A stretch of DNA of 64,000 nucleotides. It comes from Scenedesmus sp. PABB004. Taxonomy: Eukaryota. This document shows, piece by piece, positions 11,667-21,197 of this stretch. The stretch is from contig JABVCE010000003.1 of NCBI GenBank assembly GCA_014905635.1, positions 310,001-374,000 of the forward strand, written 5' to 3'. Within the stretch, counting starts at the first letter, position 1; each line of letters starts with the position of its first letter. The position numbers and the translations under genes were made by a program. Under the pieces are notes generated by a model, which saw only the letters and a list, made by a program, of their open reading frames with translations, made no database searches and had not been told where the DNA came from.

Positions 11667-13284
11667 GCGGCGGCCGCGCGTTCAACGTGCGCACCGGGCT
11701 GATGGATGAGAAGGTCTCTGCCACCGCGGCGCTGGGCGGCTACGCCGAGGCCTGCCCCGCCGGCTTCATGCCGTACGCCGAGGAGGCGGGCGCCGTGCTG
11801 CGCCGCATGTGCGCCTACTGGCACGACGAGGCCCGCGCCGCGGCGTACGAGGCGCTCGCGCGCCTCGCGCTCGCCGCGCATGCCGCGTTCCCGCCGCCGC
11901 CGGGCGGCGGCGGCCTGTCGCCGCAGGCGGCCGCGCTCGCCGACGCGGCGCTGCCGCTGCTCGTCGCGCCGGTGGAGGACGACGTGAGCAAGGCCGCCGT
12001 CGCGGCGGCGGCGGGCGGCGTCGCGGCGCTGCTCAAGGGCCTCGGACCCGGCGCCGCGGCGCCGGGGCTGCTCGAGGGCGCGGCCAACATGGCGGCGCTG
12101 CTGCTCGAGGGCAAGGCGGTCTGCCAGGTCGGCAGGCGGCCGCCCCGCGGCATGCCGCGCCGCGCGCCGCGCCGCGCGCCGCACGCGGCGCCCCCTCACG
12201 CGGCGGCCGCGCCGCGCGCGCACGCCGCGTGCCACAGGAGGTGGAGGACGACGACGGCGACGACGACGACGACGAGGCGGGCGCGGAGGACGAGGAGCTG
12301 CTCACGGCCGCGGCCGAACTGCTGCCCGCGCTCGCGGCGGCCATGGGCGCGGACGCCTACGCGCCGGTGTTCCTCACGCTCCACGCGGCGCCGCTCCTCG
12401 CGCGGCTCAAGCCGCAGCAGGCGACGGCGCTGCGCGCCGTCGCGTCGGGCGCGGCGGCCGAGGTCGCGGAGGCGCTCGGCCCGCGCGTCGCGGGCGTCGC
12501 GCCGGCGCTCATGCCGCTCCTGCTGCGCGAGCTCCAGTCCGACGTGAGCGCCGCGGGGCTGGTTGAGCGGGCGACAGCCGCTCCCTCGGCACGCCTTGCT
12601 TTCCCCCGTCCACACTTGCACACCCCGCCCACCCTTGCCGCCACGGCCGCAGGACGCCATCAACCGCCAGAACGCCGCGTACTGCGCGGGGCTGCTCGTG
12701 GCCGCGGCGCCGCAGGCGGCGGCGCCGTTTGTGCAGCAGCTGCTGGCCGCGCTGCACGGCCTGTTTGGGGGCGACGAGGCCGCCGGCGCGCGCGACAACG
12801 CGGTCGGCGCGGTCGGCCGCATCCTCGCCGCGCTGCCGGGCGCGCTGCCGCTCGGCCAGGTGCTGCCGGTGCTGCTGGGCGCGCTGCCGCTCAAGGTGCG
12901 GCGCCTTGGGGGGGGGGGGGCACGTGGCGCCCGGGGTGGCGCCGCGTTCGCCGCCCGCCGCGCCCGCCGCGCACGTCGCTCCCAGCGCCCGCCGCCGCGG
13001 CGCCTGCGCAGGAGGACCTGAGCGAGACCGCGCCCGCCGTGTCCGCGCTGTGCAAGCTGCTGGCGGAGCAGCTGCGCGACGTCGAGGCGCACGTGCCGGC
13101 GATCGTCGCCGCGTTTGGCGCGGTCGCGGCGCAGCCCGGCGCGCCGGCCGCCGCCAAGGCGGACGCCGCGCGCGCGCTGCTGCGCCTGCAGCAGGCCCAC
13201 CCCGAGCAGCTGGCCCCGCTGCTCGCGGCGCTGCCGGCGGAGCAGCAGGCCGCGCTGGCAGCGGCCGCCGCGCACGGCAGCTGA
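8960..13284 (+). CDS. Importin-beta family karyopherin, importin-4/Kap123-like (10 exons)
   Basis: N-terminal IBN_N-like DNAVRKAAE...[15 protein letters not shown] repeats ([20 protein letters not shown]); acidic loop followed by [31 protein letters not shown]. Confidence 0.85.
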
Positions 13285-13637
13285 GCGGGCGGCGAGGCGT
13301 GAAACTGACTCCCGCGCGTGAATCGGACTCTCCCGCGCGTCCCGCGGCCCGTCGAGAGGCCAGAGAGCGCGCCCCAACCTGCTCGCGCCCGCGCCGCCGC
13401 GGTCTTCGTTTCGCGCCGCCAGACGCTGCCGCGCGTCCCTGCGCCGCCCGCAGCTCCCGCCGCCCCGCCCCGCGCTCTCCCGCACCGCTACGCATCTCTC
13501 AGGACCGCGCCGCGAGCAGGCCAGCCCTGCGGCACCTCCCGCGCCGCGCTGCTGCGCGCGCGACCCCCGCCGACCGGCGGCCGCGCAGCGAGCGCTGCGC
13601 CGGCAAGCCGCGAGCCCGAGCAGCCCGCCAGGCGGCC

Positions 13638-14035
13638 ATGGCAGCCCAGGCGCCGGCGCAGGCGCTGCCGGGCAGCGCGGCGGTGGGGACGGGGCAGGTG
13701 CGTGCGCGGGCCGGGCAGCAGCCGCTCTGCGGGGCTCTGGAGCCCCGCAGGGGCTGCGGGGCCGCCGCGACCGACCGCGCCGCGCCGGCCCGCAGGCGGC
13801 GCCGCCGCGCGCGCAGCTGCGCAGCACCAAGGAGGAGGCGAGCGCCGCGGCCAAAGCGCTGGCCGCGCTCGAGGACGCGACGGAGGAGGACGTGGACGCG
13901 GAGCTGCGCCTCGTGCGCCAGGCCGGCTCGCGGCGCAGCCTGCAGCGCTCGTTCGGCTTCGGCCGCTCCAGCAAGGCGGTCGTGGCCGCGGCCGCCGCCG
14001 CGGTGGACAAGGCGCCGGCGCCGGCGGCGCAGTGA
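13638..14035 (+). CDS. Small Ala-rich hypothetical protein (2 exons, about 90-100 aa)
   Basis: gccATGG start, CAG|GTGCGT donor at 13698, in-frame acceptor at 13795 or 13816, GC3-rich codons, TGA stop; no family recognised. Confidence 0.45.
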
Positions 14036-14045
14036 CCGCGCGGAG

Positions 14046-14142
14046 CAGATGGCGCCGGAGGCGGCCGCGGTGGCGGTTCAGGGCGGGCGACGTGCAACCT
14101 TGGGGACGCCGCCGCGCCCGCTCCCGCCGCGCGATCGCGCGC
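14046..14142 (+). repeat. Dispersed ~90-100 bp intergenic element, copy 1
   Basis: Colinear blocks shared with 17896-17982: CAGATGGCGC.GGAGGCGGCCGCGG, TTCAGGGCGGGCG, TGGGG, CCCGCCGCGCGATCGCGCGC. Confidence 0.75.
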
Positions 14143-14532
14143 GCCCGGCGACCGCCGTCCGACGTTGCGCCGCGCGACGCGCCGCTGCCTGGCGGGCGGT
14201 GCGGCGGCGCAGGCGGCCAGGCGCAGGGAGCAGAGCGGGGCGCGGGCCGCGCGCCCGCGCTGTGCGGCGGCGGATGCGGTGGCGGCACCGGGGCGCGCGG
14301 CGCGGGACGCGGCCGGCGGCGCGACACAGCCGGCCTCTCCCCGCACTGGTCGCCTGGGCAGGCCCCACCTCGGGTGGCGTGCGCGCAGCGAGCGGACGCG
14401 ACGTCCGCCGGACTACTACCACGCTGCGCGCGCGTGGCGAGGTGCCGCGACGCTCATTGGCGTCGCCCTCTCCCCCGCCACCTCCTCCGCCCCTCCGCAC
14501 GCCCCCCGCGCGCCCCCCGCCCGCCCGCCAAG

Positions 14533-16414
14533 ATGAGGAACGCCGCGCAGCGCGTGCTGGCCCAGGGCTGGCAGGCCGTGCAGTCCAGCGCGGCCGAGTT
14601 CTCCACCCGCGCCGCCAAGGAGCGCAAGGTGGCGGTGCTGGGCGCGGCGGGCGGCATCGGCCAGCCCCTGTCGCTGCTCATGAAGGTGCGGGCCCCGCAC
14701 GCCCCCGCGCCCGGCCCGGGGGGCGGCGCGCGCGTAATTGGAGCCGCGGCGCGGCCGGCGCGGCGCGCAGCGGCGTGGGCGGGGGCGGGCGGGCCCGATC
14801 TCGCCCCGCGCCGGGCCCCACGCGCGCCGCGGCGCCGCAGATGAACCCCCAAGTCACCCAGCTGTCGCTCTACGATGTTGCCAACACCAAGGGCGTGGCG
14901 GCGGACTGCAGCCACATCAACAGCAGCGCGCGCGTGGAGGTGCGTCTGCTGCTCGCGATGGAGAGCCCTCCCGCGCGCCGCCCGGCGCCGGCGCCCACGC
15001 CCGCCCGCCCGCCGCCGCGCAGGGCTTCGAGGGCGACGCGTCGCTGGCGGACGCGCTCAAGGGGTGCGACCTGGTTATCATCCCCGCCGGCGTGCCCCGC
15101 AAGCCCGGCATGACCCGCGACGACCTGTTCAAGGCGCGTGGCATGCCCGCCCGCCGCCGCGTCGCGGCGGGGGCGACGCCGGCCGCACCGGGGCGCCGGC
15201 GCGGCGGCCGTGCGCGGCCCGGCGCGGCGGCCGGCGCGCTGCGCGCCGCGCTGCGCGCCGCTCACGCCGGCGGCGGCCGCCCCCGCGCCGCGCTGTGCGC
15301 GCACGCGCAGATCAACGCCGGCATCGTCAAGGGCCTGGTGGAGGCGTGCGGCAAGCACTGCCCCGGCGCGATCCTGAACATCATCTCCAACCCCGTTAAC
15401 TCGACGGTGCCGATCGCGGCCGAGGCGCTGAAGCGCATGGGCGTGTACGACAAGCGCAAGCTCATGGGCGTCACCACGCTCGACGTCGTGCGCGCCAAGA
15501 CGTTCTACGCCGAGAAGCTCGGCCTCGACGTCGGCACCGTGGACGTGCCCGTCGTGGGCGGCCACGCCGGCATCACCATCCTGCCGCTCTTCTCCCAGGC
15601 GCGCGCACGCGCGCGCGCGCCCCGCGCCGTGCCGCCCGCCACGGCCGGCCGGCGGGCCGCCGCCCGCGAGCACCGCGCTCAGCGCCCCGCGCCGCCCGCC
15701 GCCGCACTGCCCGCGCGCGCGCAGGCGACGCCGACGATGCCGTCCAGCACCCCCGCGGACGTGATTGACGCGCTCACCAAGCGCACCCAGGACGGCGGCA
15801 CGGAGGTCGTCAACGCCAAGGCCGGCAAGGTGCGCGGCGGCGCGGCGGCGCGGCGGCGCGGCGGCGCGGCGGCGCGGCGGCGCGGCGGCGCGCAGCTGCT
15901 GGGGGCCACGGCGGCAGCTCGCGGTGGGCGGGGGAGCGAGCGGGGGTGTGGGGCCGCCCCCGACGCGCTGCGCGCGTCCCCCGCGCGCGCAGGGCTCCGC
16001 CACGCTGTCGATGGCGTACGCGGCGGCGCTGTTTGCGGACGCGTGCCTGCGCGGCATGAACGGCGCGACCGCGACCGAGTGCACGTTTGTGGAGAGCGAC
16101 GTCACCGACCTGCCCTTCTTCGCGACCAAGGTCAAGCTCGGCACCGAGGGTGAGCCGCGCCGCGCCGCGCCGCACGCGCGCGCCGCCGCCGCGCGGCGCG
16201 CCCGGGCGCCGCCCCTGCGGCGGCCGCGCCGCCGCCGCGCCGCGGCGCGCCCCGACCGGCCGCGCCGCGCCGCACACCGCGCGCGCGCGCAGGCGTGGAG
16301 GCCATCCACCCCGTCGGCAGCATGAGCGACTACGAGAAGGAGGTCTTTGCGACCATGTCGCCCGAGCTGCTGGCCTCCATCGAGAAGGGCATCAAGTTCG
16401 TCAAGGACAACTGA
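14533..16414 (+). CDS. MDH: Mitochondrial NAD-dependent malate dehydrogenase (7 exons)
   Basis: Presequence; [64 protein letters not shown]. Two GC donors (15134, 15599) are required by conserved sequence. Confidence 0.95.
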
Positions 16415-16752
16415 GCGGCGTTTCGCGTTGTGCGGCGGCGACGCGCGGCGCGCGCATTGATCGCGGCTTGACAAACTGACGCGCGCGGCGGCGGCGGCGC
16501 GTGGGCTGCAGGCTGCATGGCCGGCGCGCGCGTGCGCGGTGGTAACGGTTCGCAGCTGGGTCCAGGGCGGGGCCCGCCGGCCGCCGTCGGCGGGCCGGGC
16601 AGCACCGCGCGCTGCCGACAGCCCGTCGCGCGCTGCTGCCGCTGGCAGCCGCCGAGCGCGTCGCCGCTGCCATCGCTCGCTCGCTGGCTGACCGCTGCCG
16701 CCGCCGCCGTCGGGGCCGTTGAGGAGCCCTTGAGGAGCCGTTGAGGACGAGG

Positions 16753-16757
16753 TTACA
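16753..16757 (-). terminator. UGUAA poly(A) signal of RPL36
   Basis: TTACA on + about 80 nt past the RPL36 stop. Confidence 0.55.
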
Positions 16758-16837
16758 TCACCACCCCCGCGCCCGCCGGCTGGCCTGCTGCGCGCTGCAG
16801 CTGCCGCCGGCAGGGCGCGCCACGCCGCGGGTCGGGC

Positions 16838-17238
16838 TCACTTGTGCGCGGCCTTCTGCTGCTTGCGCAGCACGTTGGCCATCTCCTCCCTCTTCTTCTT
16901 GCCACGCAGGTGCGTGCCCAGCTGCGGGCGGCGGCGCAGGCAGGCGGGGGCGCGTGAGCCGACCGCGGGCCGACCTGACCGGGCGCGCGCGCGCGCGCGG
17001 GGTGCGGCGACGAGCTCGCCCCTGCCGCTGCCGGCGTCGCGCGCTGCTGCAGGTGGCGCCCGTGCTGCGCGCGAGGGGCTGCCGATTGCTGGCCAGCGGC
17101 TGGCGCGGCCGCTGCAGCGGTTGCGCGGCTGCGACTGCCGTCGCCGCGACCAGCAGCGGCGCCGCCGTCGCCGCGACCAGCGCTGGCGTCGCTGCCGCCA
17201 CAGCTGGCGCCGCCGCCGCCGCCGCCGGCACTGGCGCT

Positions 17239-17283
<45 letters not shown>

Positions 17284-17499
17284 GGCGCTGCCGCCGCCGC
17301 TGCTGCTGCCGCTGCTGCCGCTGCTGCCGCAGCCGCTGCACGGCTGCCGCCCGCCGCTGCGCGACCGCCCGTGCGCCGGCGCGCCCGGGGAGAGAGCAGC
17401 CGGCCCCGGGGAAGGGCCCCGCGCCGCGGTACGCACGCTGCGCGGATCCGCGCCGCGCTGCGGCGCCCGGCGGCTGCCCCGCTGGCGCTGCTGCTGCTC

Positions 17500-17533
<34 letters not shown>

Positions 17534-17843
17534 ACCTTCTTCTTCGCCACCTTGAGCGCGCGCTTGTCCTTGCCGACCTTGAGCAGCTCGATGATGCGCT
17601 TCTCGTAGGGCGCGAGGCCGGCCACCTCCCTGATGAGGTCGCGCACCTCCTTCACGCTCTTGCTCTGGAACTGCGGGCCGAGCGGGGCGGCTCAGCGGCC
17701 GGTCCGCAGCCCGGGGCGGCCCCCTGGCGCCGCAGCGGCGCGCGGCTCACCCCCTTTCGCCGGCTCGGCCGGGGCGCGAGGTCGCGCTTGGTCACCACAT
17801 GCCCCTTGCCGGCGCCGACCGCAATGCCCGTGGCGGCGACCAT
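16838..17843 (-). CDS. RPL36: 60S ribosomal protein eL36 (3 exons)
   Basis: [14 protein letters not shown]...[72 protein letters not shown]. Confidence 0.95.
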
Positions 17844-17895
17844 CGTGGCGAGCCTGCTGACCTCGCGGAAAGGCCGGGCGCCGCGGGCGGGCGGC

Positions 17896-17982
17896 CAGAT
17901 GGCGCAGGAGGCGGCCGCGGTTCAGGGCGGGCGCGAGTGGAGCCTGGGGCTGCCACGCCCCGCCCGCCGCGCGATCGCGCGC
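17896..17982 (+). repeat. Dispersed ~90 bp intergenic element, copy 2
   Basis: Homologous to 14046-14142. Confidence 0.75.
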
Positions 17983-18493
17983 CCCTGATTCAACCCCGGC
18001 GGCCCCCCGCCCCCCTGCTGCGCCCGCGTGCAGCGCCCCCCCCCCCCCCCCCCCCCCCGCAGCGGGGCGCGGGCGGCGGCGCGCGCGGCGCGTGCCGCGG
18101 CGCAGCGCGCCGACCACCACAGGGAGGGTGGCGACGGATAAAGGAGGATGCCCCGGGCCCGGGACTCGCCCGGCGCGGCGCAGCAGGCCCGGTCGGCGCC
18201 GCGCTCCGCGGCGCCGGCGTCGCCGCCGCGCGCCGACCTGGCGCTTGGGGCTGGTTGGCCGCGCAGTAGCGTGCTGCTGCGCCCGACGGCCCCCGCCGCC
18301 GCTCGGCCGCCGCCGCCGTCGCCACGGCCGCTGCTGCTGCCGGGCGCGCGCCTCCGAGCGGCGGCCGCCCGCCCGGCAGCCACCAGCAGGCCTCCCCCCT
18401 GCGCGGGAGGCGGCACGTTTGGCGCCGCCGGCGCCGGCGGCGTCGCCAAGAACCCCGCCACGGCGGCGCGCCCGCCGGCTCCCCTGTGCCCCT

Positions 18494-19003
18494 ATGCCGC
18501 CCACCGCCCGCCGGCCCCAGTGCGCCCTCCCCCGCGACCGCGCCAGCCCCCCGACACGCCCCCTCCGCCCGCCGAGCGCCCGCCCGCGATCTGCGCCCGC
18601 TGCCGACTGTCGGCACGCCCCGTGAGCCGGCGCGCGGCGCGGGCGGCCCCGCGCGCCCATGCGCGGCGCGGGGGGTGCCGGGCGGGTCTGATCTCGCGCT
18701 GAGGCCGCCGCCCGCGCCGCTGCCGCGCGCAGGCGGCCCCACAGCGCGCCCGCGAGCATGGCGCCGAGCCCGGACCTCGCGCAGAAGGTGCTGGACATGC
18801 GCAAGTCGCTGGAGGAGTACGGCGGGCGGTCGTCCAAGCAGGACGTCGTCAGCGGCGCCGCCCTCGCCCCGGCGGGCGCGGCGACGGCCGCCCCGCGCGC
18901 CGCGCAGCAGCTGCTGACCACGGCGACCTACTCGCTGACCTGCAGCTGCCGGTTGAGCAGCTTCGCCATCCTGCCCCTGCCCTGGGCGGCGGGGGGGCGG
19001 TGA
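18494..19003 (+). CDS. Hypothetical small protein (possible exons 18494-18621, 18733-19003; alternative start 18758)
   Basis: GTGAGC donor at 18622 and CAG acceptor at 18732 are phase-compatible. The segment MAPSPDLAQKVLDMRKSLEEYGG has coding-like codon use. No homology recognised. Confidence 0.3.
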
Positions 19004-20172
19004 GGCCCGGGGCAGCGCATCAGCAGCAAACCGAAACGCAGCCGGGCGCCCTCCACGCGCCCCCGCCCCCGCCCGGCACCGCCCGGGGGCGGGGGGCGCG
19101 CTGTACTACTAGTCGCCGCGCGTGGCAGCGCCGCCGCGGCGGCGGCGACGCGGCGGTGCCCCGCGCGCGCCAACCGCTGCTCGCGTGCGGCGGCGGCGCG
19201 CGCGCGCTTGCGCGGCGGCTGCCGGCGATCCTCGCCGTCTGGGGTATTTGATCGCACTTGCGGCGGCGGGCGGGCCTGCTGCGCGCGGCGCGCGGGCTCG
19301 CATCGCAGGATTCATCGTTTTGGGGCGCGCGCGCGCGCGGGCGCGGCGGCGATACTATGCTGTTGCTGTAGTAGCACGGAGCTCGTGGCCCCCGCGCACG
19401 GCCTGACGCACGGCCTGACGACGGCAGCGACTGCACTCACGCTCCCCAGCGCGCGCGCGGGCACTTACTACGGTTGGGCTCCACACTGACGCTCTCACCT
19501 GTGGTGGTCGTCGACACCCTCGTTGCGCGGCGCCGTCCGGCGCGCGCCCCGGTCGCGTGGTGCGGCGCGGCGCCGGCGGCCGCCAGTGGTCGGGGGCTGG
19601 GGCGGACCGCGCGCGGCGCGGCGCGGCGCGGCGCGGCGCGGCGCGGCGCGGCGCGCGCTGCCGCGGCAGCCATGTGTTGCCCAGCGGCGCGCGCGCCGCG
19701 CGGCGCCCGCCGCCGGCGCGCGTGCCGTGCGCGGGGGCGTGGGGGGGGGGGTGTGGGCGCACGGGCCGCACACATGTGCTGCGACTGGGCCCGAACGCGG
19801 GGCTGCCGCAGTGCGGCCCCGCCCGCCGATCGGCTCCCCCCTGCACGCCTCGGGGCTCGCCACCCGCCACTCTATGCATCTGTGTTTCGTCGGCGGCGGT
19901 TGCCAGACCCCGACCGCGCGTTGACCGTCCGTTGCTTCGCTGGCTTGCTCCGCGCGCCCACGCGCAGGTGTGTGTGGCGCAGCCGCCGCGCACCGCCGGC
20001 TGTAACTCGATTACGCGATCACGCTGCAGCCTCGCCCTCGCCTATTGATACAAGCGCGACCCCGCCGCGACCGACGCCCCGCGACCGACGCGCGAGCCGC
20101 CGCGGCAGGCCGGGGCGCAGAGGGCGCCCGCCGCCTGCCGCCGCCGTGCCCGCCCGCCCGTGTCGCGCCGCG

Positions 20173-20760
20173 TCACGGGCGCTTGTCCCAGTCGGGGTGC
20201 GCCTGCTTGTACACTGCGAGCGCGTTGTCAAACACGCTGCTCATGTGCCGGGAGACCTTGGCGCACTCCTCGCACGCGCCGACCAGCGCCTGCGCCGCCG
20301 TGACCTCGCCTGCGCGCGGACCGCGCGCGAGCGGCGCGGGCGCGGGGGCGTGGCCGCGCGGCACCGGCGCGCGGGGCGCGCAGCGGCGCCTGGCCGCCGC
20401 CTGCAGCGCGCAGCAGAGGCGGCTGGCGCCATGCGCCCTCCAGCAGCCGCCGCCGCACCCGTGGTCTGCACGCGGATGTTCACCACGTCCTCGGTGGGGT
20501 GGGGGATGCTGTAACCGCAGAACGTGACCTGCGGGCTGCGCGGCGGCGCGGCGGCGGCCGCGCGCGCGTCGGCAGCGGCGGCGGCGGCGGCGCGGCGGCG
20601 GCTGGCGCGCGGCGGCCGGCGCGCGCGGCGGCGCACACTTTTTGTTCAGGAAGAAGCGCAGCGCGTTGGCCAGCGTGTGGTCCTCCTCCACCACCGCAAA
20701 GGTGGTGCCGGTGTAGCGCTCCTCGGCGCCGCCGCCTGCGCCGTCTGCCGCTGCCGCCAT
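20173..20760 (-). CDS. RPAC2: RNA polymerase I/III shared subunit AC19 (RPAC2/POLR1D; 3 exons)
   Basis: [46 protein letters not shown]. Confidence 0.9.
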   Translation of the reverse strand: [195 protein letters not shown]

Positions 20761-21197
20761 GCCGCGCCGCGGCCGCCGGCGCGCTGGCGCTGGCGCTGGC
20801 GCGAGGGGCTGAGGGACTGGGGATTGGGGCCGTGCGGGCGGCGGCGTGGGGGCGGCCGGGCGGCCGCGCGCGACCAGGGTCTCGCTCAACCCGCCCGCCG
20901 GTCGCGGCGCGCGGCCGCAGCGCCCCTGCCGCCCACGATCGCCGCCCGCCGCACACGTGAGCAGGCTCCCCGCCCACCGCGCGCCTTTCAACCGCTGCCG
21001 GCTCCTGGCGCGGCCCGCCCCCCGCTCCCCGCGCCGTCCGCGCACCGCTCGCGCTCCCGCGTCCCCATGGCCCGCCCGCCGGCCAGGCGCGGCCGTCCCG
21101 CGTAGAGGCGCAGCCCGGGGGCGAGCAGTAGCGAGGGCCGGAGGGATCAGGCGCAGCAGCACGAGCCCCCGGCCAGCCCCGGGCCCCCCGGGGCCGC

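Noticed and set aside
18035..18058. Poly-C/poly-G runs (also about 38200, 41600, 42380, 45400) as functional G-quadruplexes
   Set aside because: Homopolymers are common here and error-prone; no independent support.
19240..19330. Box C/D snoRNA on the minus strand (CGATGA...CAGA)
   Set aside because: Boxes are degenerate and I recognised no rRNA-complementary guide.
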